Counted from the first letter of the whole stretch, positions 10,659 to 24,674 are shown. The stretch: 49,105 nt of DNA, filler included, from Dimargaris cristalligena (GCA_003614675.1; 2 parts of 2 records of this genome joined end to end with filler, not necessarily neighbours in it), one strand, 5' to 3'. The notes: generated by a model not told the origin, from the letters alone. Numbers and translations are program-made.

Positions 10659-11297
10659 ATAATTAGTTCGTTTTTTAATACCCTCCCCCTCAAAAAAACA
10701 TAACGGTGTTGATGACCCCTTCGTCTTATATCCTCTTTGGCCAAATGATGCACTGTTGTATTGTACATATATACAGCCTGCATGCATAGTCATGGCACTA
10801 TAGTTTAGTGCCCCTTCTCGTACTTCTAGAAATGAATAAATTTTGAAGGTCTCAGTTACCTCTTCCTCCCATCCCAAATCCTGTAAATTAATAGCTCCTT
10901 TTAAGAGTGACTGGCAGTATACCTGAGTCGAGATAATGAAGTCGATGTAAATGCAGTAGAGTAATAGCCAGTGACGACTTTTTAATGCGACAACAATATG
11001 GGCGCTACTCTATATTTTCAGCTACATAAGAATATATTCAAAGCATTTTACCTATCCTGCACCATCTTAAAAAAATAACGAAAAGACCAACTCGAAAGTA
11101 TTCGCCCTGTTTCTTTTTAGCCCTAACGCTAAGCCCGCCGTTAAGTAAATGAGCCACCTCATTTCTACTTCCACCTTTCTGCATTCCCTCATATTTCACC
11201 CGTGCTCTTTCTCTATCTCTATCCGCCAGTACAGCCATTCGCATTCAACGTAGGTCTTAAACCACATTGCCCCACCAACCCACATTCCCACCTCGCC

Positions 11298-12661
11298 ATG
11301 CTGTTCGACGTCAAGGGCTGGAATCTCAAAAAGGAGATCAAGAATGAGCCCGAGACCGGTTCGTCCGAGGCAACGGCCAAACCATCCAAGCAAGCCCGCC
11401 GGAAAGCCGCCAAACGGGCCCGTCAGGAAGGAGACACTGTCACTGCCCTTGCCAGGAGTCAAGAACCCGAAATCCAGAGCCTTGCTCAGCAATTAGGCAT
11501 TACGACGAATGGAGCAGGCAAAAAAGAAAAACAGCGAGGGAGTAATAAGAGGAAGAAGGCCCAGACCGGCCGGATATCCCCCGGGGAGGAGCAGCCGTTG
11601 ACCGTCGAAGAAGGGGAGAAAGCTCCGATCAAAAAACGCAAACGTGGGGCTGAGAAACGGGCAGCAGCAAAAGTAGCAGCAGCTAATGTTGTGGCGGTTG
11701 AATCTACGGACGATCCCGCTGTTGCAGCGGAGGTTACCGGCTACGAATGTAATAAAGTACACCCCCAACCGCCCCAAACCCCCGCAGCCACCAGGGACCC
11801 TGATCTCTCGAAGATGTCAGTGCACCAGCGGCAAATGGCCAAGAAGCTGCAGGGGGCCCGGTTCAGGTGGATTAACGAGCAGCTTTATACGGCCGAGGGT
11901 TCCAACTCGTACGATCTGTTCCAGAAGCAGCCCCAGACGTTTAACGATGTAAGTAATACCATTACCATTATCATTATTATTAGTATTTTCACACGCACAC
12001 ACACACACACTCTCTCTCTCTCTCCCCTCGCCTTCGTTCAACAACTCAACTAATTGATATATTTCCGCATTGCTTATTTTACTTATACCCCTTCTCCTTG
12101 ACGAATCCTTTTCCAACCAGTATCATCTGGGATTCCGAGCCCAAGTGGAGCACTGGCCATCCAACCCCGTCGACATTTACATCGCTGATTTAGCTAAACG
12201 GCCCACTACCTTAGTGGTTGCTGATATGGGCTGCGGGGAAGCCAAACTGGCCCAAAGCGTGCCCCAGAAGGTCCATTCCTTCGATTTGGTAGCGGGCAAC
12301 GAGTACATTACGGCCTGTGATATTGCTCATGTAAGTCAACCACTAAATTACTACGTTAAAATACGCCCGACTGTTTAGAGGAAGAAGTGGGGGTTTGTAT
12401 GACCCTCGATCACTTACCGATTGGTTTGTTTGATTGTTGTTGGTGTTTTTTACCCGGAGTTAAACCACCTTGCCGGGGCAATAATACTAATTGGACTACA
12501 TCCATACCTTTACCTTCCCTCTACTCTACCAGACGCCTCTTCCCAATGAGGAAGTCGATTTGGTCATTTTCTGTCTGGCCCTTATGGGTACGAATTTCCT
12601 CGATTTTATTCAAGAGGCACATCGGATCCTTAAGCCAAAGTAAGTTGTTGTTTTTTTTGGA

Positions 12662-12695
<34 letters not shown>

Positions 12696-13369
12696 ATTGT
12701 TGGCGTTAAGGGAATATCTGATTTTGTAATATTGGCTCCTCCCCTCCCTACATGTGATGGCACCTTTAAGACCCGGCCTTAAACACGAGTAAAAGGCGGG
12801 GAGGGGGGCCATATCTAAACATGCAATCTACTGGGGGTCGAATCGAATGACTAACCCCCGCCTCTATCCACTACTTTTATCATTATTATTATCATTTTTT
12901 GCTACAGCGGTAATTTGTGGATAGCCGAAGTGATTAGCCGGTTCACCAACATTGGTAAATTCGTGAAAACCCTGACCAGAATGGGGTTTCGATTACTGAA
13001 CAGGGTAAAGTGACGTTCGATGCTATACTTATATTTAAATGTTCTTACTTTAACGGCGAACATTCTGCTTAGTGTATTGTTATTTTTATAGCTGATAGTT
13101 CAGCCCATTCTTCGTCCCATGAGATCTTGCGCTCCCCTAGCTTTTATTGACCGTTACTAACTAACTATCCCCCCTATTTATTTATTTTATTTTATTAAAA
13201 AAACCTGCTATCATTAATATCTATACAGGACGACTCCAACAAAATGTTCATTCAATTCGAATTCCAAAAGATTCCCGCCCGCCAAACGGAAGGCGAACTC
13301 GATGGGCCAAGCGACAAACCCATTACTACCGTTGAGCTGCTTAAGCCGTGCATTTATAAACGGCGTTAA
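11298..13369 (+). CDS. RRP8: 25S rRNA adenine N1-methyltransferase Rrp8/nucleomethylin
   Basis: Exons 11298-11948, 12121-12330, 12533-12639, 12908-13004, 13229-13369. Motifs [70 protein letters not shown]. Confidence 0.95.
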
Positions 13370-14110
13370 GATCAACAAGGATGGGGGAAGGGTCGTTGAA
13401 GTCCCCACTACATAACCTACCACCATTATCGACGTCCAGTCTGGGATTCCCCCCCCTACCCCATTTACTTCTCTTCATTCCACCCCCTCCAGTCTTTGTG
13501 GACCTCATATATTATTGATTCGAATGGTATATTTAATGTATAATTCTGGTGGATTTTTGATTGTCCTTAATGTCGAGAGCTCCTCACCAATTGAAATGGT
13601 GTCGTGATCTTATTGGTAGTAATAAATTGCAAGGGTTGGCATAATGCTGCGACGTGACTTGGTTGGTACCCCCTTTCTTCATTAGCAAAATAGTTAGGGA
13701 GTAGACGGAATTAAAACGTAGGTTTACCAATACGAGCAAACCAATCAATAATCATAGAAACGATGTACAACCATGATTTTTATTGAGATTTTCATTTGAT
13801 TTAACACAGGCGTTAAATGGCGATAGAAAGTGGGTGTGTAGGTGTGGGGGTTCGTAATATACAATAGTGCTGGAAGAATAAAGAGAACCGCTAATGGTCG
13901 GCCGAGACTAAAGAAACATATGGGGGGGGCGAGTAAGGCGAAGGGGAAAAAGCCGCTTATTACTCGCCCCCTCCCTCTTCCCATCCGAAACAAGCACCAA
14001 GGCGGTGGGTGTCATCGTGCGAAGGAGTCCCCCGGGATGAAGGTGTATGGAGAGGGGGGGGGTACACATATGAAAAGGGAGTTAATAGAGGGGGGGGGCA
14101 CGAAGCATAT

Positions 14111-15463
14111 TTAAGCAGAGCATTTGCAGAAGAGCATAGTAACCAGGATAATGAGGAGAACCACGATGATAGCATCCCACTGCCGGTTATTGAGCCCGAA
14201 TACCTTGGGGGTAGCCGAAGACGAGGTCACCTGGGCGGCTCTTCCATGCAATCCCGATAAGGCACCCCCACCACTACTACTACTACTATCCAGGGGGGAG
14301 GCCGACTGAGAAGTTTTTCCGGCGGAACTATGCTTATTCCAGCTACTATGGAGCTCCTGTTGGTCTTTGGGTACTGTTGAAAGTACGTTAGTATACTCAT
14401 TGTCGGGGCGGGCTACTCCCGTTCCGCGTTGGGCGGCGTTTAGGGTGACCATCGCGGGCCTGGTTGAGGGAGTAGAAGAAGAAGAAGAGGTGGTGGGATC
14501 CGCGTCCAAAGGGACCAGGGCGGGGGACGCGAATTGGTCGTCCGGGGCGTCGGCGGGTTTGCTGGAGGGGCTGTACTGGAGGGCCATCAGGGGGATGTTG
14601 TCGGTGGTAATGGCGGGCCTACTGCTCGTCCCGTCGGAGGAGGTAGAGTCAGTCGAGGGGTCCGCAAGGAGCACCTCGGACATGGACAGATGGCACTGGG
14701 GGCACTGCCAATGGTGGGAGCTGAGCGTATACCAAGAAGGGGGGTTGGAAGAGATAAAAAGGCGTATTTAAATATAGAGATATGGGTTAGTTTGGATTTG
14801 GAGGTATGCGGGTGGTAGAATAAAATGCTCATTATCTATCCCTGCCGCCTACAAAGCGCACAATGAACAAGAGGAGTAGAGGGTTACACTACCGAAACCA
14901 CGAAATAGAAGGGTGCGGGGGAAATAGGGGGAGGGAGGCACTCTCCCTAATACCGCCCTCAACTGCAGCCCTCTCCCGCACCATCCCATTCTAAAGGTAT
15001 GCTCTTGCACTTACTCTTTCGCCAGCTGCTGGCGCTGTTCGGTGGAGTAATTGATATCGCCCACACTGTTGGACACCTCACTGGGCATGAACGAAATGAG
15101 AGCCAACAGGATACAGCGCAGGTCCCAGGCGGGCTGCCAACTCTCGGGGTGGTATTGGGTCATGGACAGACATATCTTCTTGTGCAGCTGGAACCGGCCG
15201 TTGGGGGTGAGGAAAATGACGCTCGGGGGTTTGAGCGGGTATTCCGAAGGTAGGAGGATGCGGCCGTGGTACTTGCCGCCGGCGAAATCGGTGTCGGGTT
15301 GGCCGCGGAGGGTGAAATGCCACTCAAACAGGTTGTCTTCCAAAGGGGCGGCCTCGTAATGGGGCGAGTTCTCCTGGCGGAGGTGGCGCCATTCCTGCAT
15401 GAGGCGCTTGGCCGACGGGGTGCTGGCGTTGACGGGGGGAAGGGTCGTCGTTGGCGATGGCAT
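14111..15463 (-). CDS. UBC6: Tail-anchored ER ubiquitin-conjugating enzyme (Ubc6/UBE2J1 type)
   Basis: Exons 15463-15015 and 14720-14111. UBC domain with EWHFTLRG, YPLKPP, TPNGRF, ICLSMTQYHPESWQPAW; CPQC motif; Ser-rich linker; C-terminal TM WDAIIVVLLIILVTMLF. Confidence 0.92.
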
Positions 15464-18051
15464 TGCTGGTCGAATAAAAGCAAAAATTAAAACAAGGAGT
15501 TGGCTGCAAGTAGGCTAGCTTGGGGAAAGGTGATATATAAAAGGGACGGTGGGTAGGAAGGAGGAGGTGGGCTGCCCAGAATAAAAAGTAGGATATCGAA
15601 GAATAAAGTGAACTGGGCAATGGAGGAATGCAGCAGGGGTAGAGAGTTAGAGGGAAAGAGGTCACACAATGTGGATAGCAAGGGGGGAGACTAACAAAGG
15701 GGCATGAAGAAATACTCCGAATTCAGGGTGGGAACTGGACACGTATTACCCATAAAGAAGGGATCTCGAGATAATACGGCTGTAGCTTTAGGGTGAGGTT
15801 GTTGAACAAGCAAGGTACGGGGACGAACTTTTGGTCGCTGACGAGGTGGCTGTTATAAATAGCGAAATAGATATAAATACAAGTAGAAGAAGTATGGTCA
15901 AAGTTACCTAAATATTAGTATAAAACCGGAGGAGAGCGGAGGTGTATGATACTGTGTATTTAACTAGCTAGGGTCACGTAAAACGACCATCCATCCATAT
16001 CGCCACCACAGGGAGATGGCCAATTTGGGTGCTTCACAAATAAAAAACGCCCATGGAATGTGCAGCCGCGCGATTGACCGCGATCCCTGAGCCAACCGAA
16101 AGTATAGAATGTATCAGCCAAGTATGGATGACGAGAGAGAGGGATTCCCCCCGCCCTTCGCTGGATCTTTCTCAGCTTGGGCTGCAACTGGAATGCAAAG
16201 GACTAAGCGGCTGGAAAAAGAGGCGAGGATTGGCCAAGGAGCAACACTCCTCCAGGGCATATGCCCACAGGCCCAGAGTAGCGCTTTAATCTGCATCAAA
16301 GAAAACGGGGGAACATCTCATGATTGCAAAACTAGGAGGATTATAACCAATACGTAAGTACAGTAGTGGAGGCTTTTGCGTTTACCTACTATTGCTCAGT
16401 GCGACGACTGGGGTGCGTTTAATATCGGCGGGCTACCACTATTGTCGGTCTATTTGGAATGAGAGGGGAAAATGATGTCTGCATAGAGGGGCAGTAATAG
16501 GCCCGGCGGAGAGGGAGAATCACAGGATATGTATAGATTACAGAGATTGGTTAGGCGGGGAATAGATATAGATTACATTATAGTGTCGAGGTTAAGGGCG
16601 AGGATATGGGAGATGGGGCATCTTACACTAAACTCCCTTCTATTTATTTACTTGTGGTGTAACTAAATCCTATACTCTTCTTCCACATCAACCCCATTAA
16701 TATAAAACATGGACCTTTCCTTACCCATTTATCCGCAGATTCACGTGTCAATGCGAGGCGCGAGTGAATAGTAACGAGTAGTACAGATACTACTAAATAG
16801 TAATAATTTAATGAAGAGAGGAAAGAGAGGGGAACTACGAATAAAACAGGTTGGTTACACCAATGTACAATACTGGGATGGTGATAATACTAATAATAAT
16901 GATGCTGATGATGGTGATGGTGATGGTATGTATGCTACAGCAGCCTAGTGAATGGAATGGGGCTGATGGGGGGTGGTGGTTGGCTATATAAACCAATACT
17001 ACCCCTTCTTCTACTCTGGCGCCATTTAGCCAAATGACGACAACAACAGCCAGTGAGGGCAGCTGACTTGGAAAATATTGAACAACGCGACTCGCCACGC
17101 CACGCGAGGTTTCACTTGGGCGACACTGTTGCCTATTATATAATGGTTCCCCACATCAGCGCTTATATATTCTAAAATTGGCCAGTGGGCACAGCAGCAG
17201 GTGTATAGAGTAGACTGCCCGCAAAAGTAGGTGTTGCTCTCTCGGAGCTGGAACGGATATGAGAAAGGTTGGCGATGCCATCTGGGAGAAATTCTAGTGC
17301 AGTTTTAGTGGTATTTGAACCCTAACCATTGGTGAGAGGATAAACAGTTAGAATACCAGTTTGTTGCTACCGCCATACCCCCTAGCCGGGTTTAAAAAAT
17401 TACTCAATGTTGCTATAGGTAAGTGGGTGAGCAATGAATATCCCCAGCTTACTTGTGGGGGGTCTTCATTCTCTTTGATTCATTTCCACTTATTTACAAG
17501 TAGGACAACCGCCACTGAACTGGACATATCCTCCAGAAGTGACGCACATCGAAAAATCGAACTAGAAAACCCAACCCGCCGAACAATTTATTACTAGACC
17601 AGTCCTAGTGGAGGCTAGCGCGCACATCCCACCAGTTTATGTACGTTCAAAGGGAGGGAGAAAGAGAGTAGTCTACTACTAACAGCCGTATAGTTTTAAT
17701 AGTAGTAGTAGTGGTGGTGGTGGTGGTGGGTCGCCCCCATTCTTCACCCTTTTTGAAACATGCGTTTCCCGCTGCTTCTCTCTCCGTTTGTTCTACATGG
17801 TCACCCCTGCTACTAACTAGTTTTAAGCCACTTTCGTTTCCCCCTCATTGTCCTTTGTTGCTTTGGTTGCTCGAATCGCTCTGCTGGCTCTTTAATTCCC
17901 TCCTATACCCTCCGCCAGTTCAACCAACCCTCCCCATCTATCTACTCACTTTCCGTGCCTGGGAAACCGCCATTCCTTACTCGTCAGTTCCGAATTGGTC
18001 AACGTTAACACCGCACTTGCCCTTCACGCATCCCCCGACCTCCTCATTGCC

Positions 18052-19757
18052 ATGGCCGGCATTCAAAGTAAGTCCATTTCTTACCCTAACCATAGGCCAG
18101 AGGGGGCGAGATATTATAACTCTCCTTCCTATACCACCTTTAACATGAGTCGCCCCAATTAGGTTAATGGAAAGGGGCTTTGGATGAGACCATTCCAGTA
18201 AGCAACGCCCGACTCTACGCGAATCGGTATGGTATTAACAGCTGCCCCTTGTAACCTATTTACTTCTAATTCATATGTATACACCTCCCGCCTGTAACCA
18301 TTATGTGTAGTGTAAGTGGATTTAAAATGTATTCCCCCGCCTCTTATTATCGCCACTCACCTTCCCTAAAAGAATATACCATAAGCTGCACTCCTTTATG
18401 GACCATACTAAGCCCACTCTTTCCGCTGACTCCATCTGCCTGCTCCCACATCACATAACCTTGTCCCGTTTAAATAGTATCGTTGTCCTGGCCCTGTGCC
18501 TAGCGCTCGGCTTCTTACTGGCTATTTTATCATGTGCCCTTTACGGGTAAGTTACCTACTTACTTACTAATGCTCCCATTATCCCTTTATAGATGTGGGG
18601 GGCAAACAGTCCTCTAGCTAGATTAGATGGTACAGTGCCCGATCGAGATAAACACTCTGGAACGGCCTCTTCTTAAGCGACCCCCTATTTTTCCGGGCTG
18701 CGGACCTAACCATTCTCACCTCCTGGATATCCCGGGGTTTCTATGCTCCGATCCACTTTCCCGGCATTCCGCATTCTATACCGCCTTGGCTTCAGTAATT
18801 GGTGGCCACTCGCCGTCGGTAAGTCTTCCATACAGTTTTTTATAGGCTTAGCCATCTTTGGTGGATCGAAAGTTGCTCTCCTAGAAAGGCCCTGGTGTCC
18901 ATTTTGGTCTATTCTACCGAAGCTTTCGTCACCCGAGCGAATCCGATGAAAATTTAGCATCGCTAACATAGTATACATTATACCCCTTGTATTTCTGTTC
19001 CCCGACCAGTCTTCACCTACTGTTTGGCCCCTCTTCCCAACGCTGTTTTCGGGCGCCTCTCCTCCAGCGATCCCCTGGCCGATGCCTCTACGTAAGTTCT
19101 TAACGGCTGCTTCTTATTCATTTATATTCCAGAATTCGACTTGGGTTATATGGGCCCTTTGGTCGGCCATGTCACCACCACCACCACTCTGGTTTAACCG
19201 ACTATGTACTTTCCCATATATTGCCTTCATTTGGCTCTTATATTATCACAGGGGTCCTGCCGATATTGGGCGGTTCATCACCTCGATGTTCATCGTCAGC
19301 GGTTTCGGTAAGTGCCCCTTTTATCATTATTATGTTCTAACTATATCCCTTAGTTGGCCGGTTCTGCGATGTGCTTTTATGGCGCTATTTGTGGTGTTGT
19401 CCTCAGACCCCATGGCTAATCATTCCGATAATATTTACTCATGTATGACCCACTATTCTCTTGGCTTTTACCGATTCATCCCAGGTCTTCCGTTGGTGCT
19501 GGCCCATGCTGAAGTGGTAAGTATCTAAATATCCAGCCGAGTGTATGTTTGATTCGAGAATAATCTAAACGTCTTCTAGTTTTTACTATCGCAGCCCATC
19601 TCTGACCATCCTCCTATTTGCCATGCTCTCTGTTGTTTATAATTGCCTCTTCTAGATTACACACGCGGCCATGGTCATGAGCATCAGTGGTGGTTTACTG
19701 GTATACGGCAGTATAATATCTTACATTTATATGTTCAGTGAACGCGATGAATACTAA
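18052..19757 (+). CDS. VPS55: Vps55/LEPROT-family endosomal membrane protein, 126 aa, 8 exons including a 1-nt exon
   Basis: Exons 18052-18067, 18311, 18478-18546, 18796-18818, 19010-19091, 19252-19307, 19485-19516, 19656-19757 give MAGIQIIVVLALCLALGFLLAILSCALYGNWWPLAVVFTYCLAPLPN...DIGRFITSMFIVSGFGLPLVLAHAEVI. Invisible in the ORF track. Confidence 0.92.
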
Positions 19758-20189
19758 CTCGCGTCGTGGAAATAATCGAGCCCCCCCTATACCGTTAATA
19801 TGGGTGTGCCTTTGCTAGCTAAACTCATCGGGTTCGCCCTGGTTAACTTCCTTGGAGGAGACCAGTCCTACTACAACACCCTGGATTTTCCCCGTCAATC
19901 AGCCGTGGTCCACAGTATATCTCATGATGGGTGTTTTTATATTTCGAATTTACCAATAAATGGGACTTTTTTTATGGACTTGGGATTACGCGGGAGCGGA
20001 GGGTTCTAGTAGCAGTGGCTCTGTTGTGTATGGGGGAGGGCAAAAGGAATGGGAATCAGTGCGATTCAGAGAGTGCGATAGTCGTTGACTGCTTGCTGGG
20101 TTAGATCGCTCCAGTCCTCGACATTGGCTTCCCCCAACCCTGTGCTGCTTATCATTAATATATTTTTTTGGGCTATAGATTCGTTCACC

Positions 20190-20908
20190 ATGTCGCTTAA
20201 CTACTATCTTTTCCGGCAGATCCAGAACAAGCAGGTGCTTGGATCGATGACCCCGCGGCTCGAAGTAAGTCGATCCGACCTGGATTCAGAGTGGGAGNNN
20301 NNNNNNNNNNNNNNNNNNNNNNNNNNNATTACAGGGTGTTTATTCAGTTATTCTAACCCATTATCCTCCAACTCCCCCCCGTTCACTCTCCCATTCACCA
20401 GGGCAAGCTTCTGAAACAAATCAAGGACATCAAGCTCCGCCCGGCCCACCTTCGCCACGACCTGTGGACGCCCTTCTTGGTCGCCAGCCAGAACTCCCCT
20501 GAGTTCCTCTCGTGGACCCACACGTTTTTCTCGCACCCCATCGAAAAGCCGCTCCCCGCGGAACTCCTCAAGGAAAGTCGGGTCAAACGCCGCCCGTTCT
20601 TGCTCGACGATGTGACGCTCAAGGTCGAACGGTTGTGCCGCATCTACCACTATTTGGAAGCCAAACACGGGCGCGACCGGATGCCTGACGTGAAATTATA
20701 CTGGGAACAGGAGGCATTGCAGGACTGTATCCAGGCTAAAGGGTTGGAGTGGCCCGATTTCGTCTCGCATGAACGGTTGTGGTTGCGTCGGAGTCGCTAC
20801 ATTCAAAATCCCGAATTGGTGCCCCCGCCCGCCCCTGAATTACCCATGTCGTCGCGGGCTAACTGGGCCGCGCGGAATACCACCCCCGTCCCCGCCCCGG
20901 AGGCCTAA
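20190..20908 (+). CDS. MHR1: Mitochondrial Mhr1/mL67-family protein
   Basis: Exons 20190-20264 and 20402-20908 (the intron contains a 30-N gap). YYLFRQIQNKQVL...KQI..RPAHLRHDLWTPF resembles the Mhr1 N-terminal pattern; later VKLYW...W motif. Confidence 0.7.
20298..20327. other. Assembly gap (30 N)
   Basis: Run of Ns inside the MHR1 intron. Confidence 0.99.
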
Positions 20909-21637
20909 AGGTCTCGGTGTCACTAGTTCATGAGTGGGGGATGTGTGTGTTTTTTTGGTTTTTATTTTATTATAAAAAAATCTTTTAATTAAACGGGAAT
21001 GTAAGTTTTTAAACTAGATTCGATTCTTTTTGAAAATACATAAATAAATGGTATTAGTAAACATCAATGGTTTCTATTGATGTTCCTTTTATTTTGATGA
21101 GATGGAGTATTGCTCGGTTATCCAAGGCACCGCCTAGTTATTTTAGCACTATTGAGCCATTACAGCCAAGCAAAACCATATAGTGAACCAGGTCTGTGTT
21201 TCGCCAGTATCACGAATAATTCACTGGCATAATCGTTATGTCCGTCATGCGAATTTCCTCTTATACATTAGATTTGGGGATTAATCTCATTTGCGAATAA
21301 CCCATGTTCAAAGGTGAGCATTTTTCTCCCAGACCTGTCAATTTCGGGTCATGTGAGGGAGGGGTGGAGTGGAGTGGAATCCCAAATTCAATTCCTCAAC
21401 TCCGCCTTCTTCTGCGAATGGTTAGACTTCTAGCGACGCAGTGAACTTCCTTATACTTCTACTTCTACTTCCACTTCTACTGATTCCATTTTATTATAGT
21501 TTCTTTTGGAGAAAAAAATATATTTTGCCTCGGATACTTATTACCCGTTTCCCTACCCACCTATTTATGTGCCAGGACCAGTCCGTTTTTATTTTTCTTC
21601 TTGTGTCCCTCCGCCCAGCCAAATTTACCCGAGAAAC

Positions 21638-22818
21638 ATGGCCGATGCGAACAAGGGTGTGGTTACGGTTCGTCTAATTAAGTCGTTCGAATACCGCACA
21701 TTCAAGAATGTTGTTTTGAAGAACATTGACTTTGCCCAGACCACGGTCGGGGATTTGAAGAAGCAGATACAGCACGGTAAGTTTCCCAACCTCCCCAAGG
21801 GTGTTCAGACGTCAACCTGTCCCAGGCCTTTTTCATAAAGTATTCATAGCTTTCCCTCTACTCTATCCCACCCGTCCGTGGAGTGTAAAAGAGTCGGTCA
21901 CATCTGTATCTATCTAGCACTCCATTTTATACTCAATATCCCCCCACCCCTATTGACCCTAATATTATATCCCGAAAATATACACATTGGTTGGCCAACG
22001 TAGAAACCGCCACTGGCACTGGAATGCGGCCATTCCGGACAGTTGAATATGGTACGCTACTTTAGGGATAACTTTCCACGATGTATAAAACTAAACGTTG
22101 TCCTTGTTTTGTATTTCAATAACCAGAAAAACTCATAGTTGTCTGTAGCTGAACCGGCTACCGCGCTAACCACCATCATTAATAACCGTATTATCTTGGC
22201 GAAACTCTCAATCCATATCCCTAGATACCCTCAAGATTTACACCAAAGCGCATGGCTCCAAGGTAGGTTGGCTACTATGGTTATTACTACGGCATCTGAA
22301 GAATCGATATCCCCTAACTTATACGGTGTTGGAATAGCTATACCGCTGCTGATCAGCCGTATCTTTCGCTGATTACTTACCAAATCACTACTGCTTGATT
22401 TAAATGTTATAATAATTCGTGGATTCCAATGCCTATAGACCAACAACCTCATCGTTAATCTCGATCGCGACGACTGGGTACTAAAAAACGACGCCGATAT
22501 GCTGGACTATTGTGGTATAGGTACGTGGTTATTATAGTAAGGCAGACATTCCTTGGTTATCTTTTGAGCCATTTGATCCTAAGTACCCTTCTTTTATATA
22601 TATATATATATATTTCTGGGGTCTGTATTTGGCTGTGATTTTTGAAATAGCTCGTAAAAATATACGAACCCAGTCTACTATTTGAATCGGCCGGTCTTAT
22701 AATTTTAATTGTTAACTATAACTTTGCTGCCCAATGTTTAGCTAACGAAACGGAGTTATCCTACTTTAACCGGGCTGCTTTCGAAGAGTTCAAGAAGAAT
22801 CCTGAAGTGAAATGGTGA
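21638..22818 (+). CDS. AIM29: Aim29/C2orf76 (UPF0538, DUF2340) ubiquitin-like protein
   Basis: Exons 21638-21776, 22004-22051, 22225-22262, 22439-22520, 22742-22818: VTVRLIKSFEYRTFKN...YDTLKIYTKAHGSKTNNLIVNLD...GIANETELSYFN...NPEVKW*. Confidence 0.93.
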
Positions 22819-23572
22819 AATATTGAACCACCCTATGGGATGGTAGCAGAACACATTTTTTTTTTGGGGGGGGGTATGATTATTTCGTTTTAAGTCAACC
22901 CCATATTTTCTAAAAAAGAAAAAAATACATCCAGCTCCTTAATGATATCGAGTAATTCGGAGCATACGTTATCATTCACCCGCCACTATATACTATTTCG
23001 TTGCAATTGGCTTAAAAATACGACATTTCAATATACCTAAAAAAATATTGAGATCTAAATAACAGGGTCTAATGGTTATGTATACAATGGCTGAATGTAT
23101 GTGGCCCCAGGCATTGGTCCCTTAGATTGAAGTACTGCTCAATACACGAGTCTTAGCCAGTAATACAGTTATTCGATTACTTCCGCTTTGTAGTACTTTA
23201 CACATGGGCGAAATCATCTATATCTTTTAGATTCTCACCCGCCCATACAATAAATAGGCCTACCCCCCCCCATACAAATGAAACCACAGACCAGTAAGAG
23301 GTTCGATATAGCTGCAGCATAATTTGAACATTATAATGAAGGGTAGCTATAATTGGCACTGGCTTTTATCTGGAAAGATCCTTATCAGCCCTTCTAATAT
23401 GCCTTAATCCAGACAAAGCAATTGTCCATCTCAACTGGGCCATATAGCACCACATGTAACTTCCCATAGTCTTCCCCTCAGTACTATAGGATCCTTCTAT
23501 ATCATATAACCCTTCCCCTTCCAGACTCTGCCTCTTTGCACCAATCACTCAATTGGTGATCCAAAGACTCTT

Positions 23573-23955
23573 CTGGTTACCATTAGAGTCTTCCAGGTCC
23601 TCATGATTATCCAGTTGGCCTATTCCTTATATCATTAATCTTAAGAGTACCTTCCCCCAGGGACCTCCCTCTGGAGTTGTCCCTCACATATATATGACTG
23701 GGCCCCATTGGGACTGGTTAGCTTCCTTAGCTTATTCTTACCCCCTAGTTTACCTCAATAAACTTTATATATACTCACCCCCTTATACTGACCAGTAAGT
23801 ATGCCCACTGCACATCCCTTGCATACCTGATCATCTAAGCCTTTATTAGTTAGTACTGTGTCCATACCTGATGCTAGTAGCCCACTTAGCTAAGCCTAAG
23901 CCTCACCTACCATTAGAAGCTTATCCCTGAGACTCTTGATGGACTAAGAGTGGTT
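23573..23955 (+). repeat. ~380 bp dispersed repeat, copy 1 (LTR-like, CpG-free)
   Basis: Collinear with 24675-25054. Shared blocks CCTCCCTCTGGAG, TACCTCAATAAACT, ACTCACCCCC, CATCCCTTGCAT, CCTTTATTAGTTAGTACT, GACTCTTGAT.GACTAAGAGTGGTT. Many differences are transitions; TATA-like and AATAAA motifs in order. Confidence 0.8.
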
Positions 23956-24523
23956 AACTCAGGCAATAAGGGTCTTTTTAAGAAAACAATCCAGACCAGC
24001 CTACAATATATACAACCTAATGCAGGACCTTTTAGGAATTAAAGAGGTAAAAGTTACTTCAAATTAAGAATATTTCCACTGAATACATGAGAAAATATTT
24101 TAGTTGGGTAGTACATTGTTTGATGATAGGAGCATCAAAGGCTAGTCAATAAGGGAAAAGTTCATTCAGGCAGTATAATGAAAAATCCATTGGATGAGGC
24201 CAATATGCCTGATAACTGGTGTGTTTTACAGCCGCCTTTAACCCGACCAGGTACTCCCTGTTAAACATTACTCCTTCCCCTTTTCAGTATCACGACCTAT
24301 TAGTATATACATCCTTCCTTGAGATTCGATGAATTTCCCACCGGCCCTTCTAAATGCTTTGGATGTTAGTTATTAGTTATATAAAGAGTGCACCACCAAC
24401 GCACCTTGGTTCCCTAGTTTACTAGCGTTCACAACACTGCCATTAAGAACCATAGTATAAATTCTTTATAATAAATACACTCATACAATTCGCTATTCTA
24501 ACACTAGCTATGGGGCCTTGGGA

Positions 24524-24623
24524 NNNNNNNNNNNNNNNNNNNNNNNNNNNNNNNNNNNNNNNNNNNNTTAATTAATTAANNNNNNNNNNNNNNNNNNNNN
24601 NNNNNNNNNNNNNNNNNNNNNNN
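24524..24623. other. Artificial 100-bp contig-join spacer (44 N + TTAATTAATTAA + 44 N)
   Basis: Symmetric N runs around a 12-mer with stops in all six frames (24568-24579). Confidence 0.95.
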
Positions 24624-24674
24624 AAAAATAGATAAAAAATAAAAGTAGGTAAAAAATGTGGTAAGTTCACCACA

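Noticed and set aside
15960-17700. Short ORFs and low-complexity tracts between UBC6 and VPS55
   Set aside because: No coding bias or motifs; treated as divergent promoter/UTR sequence.
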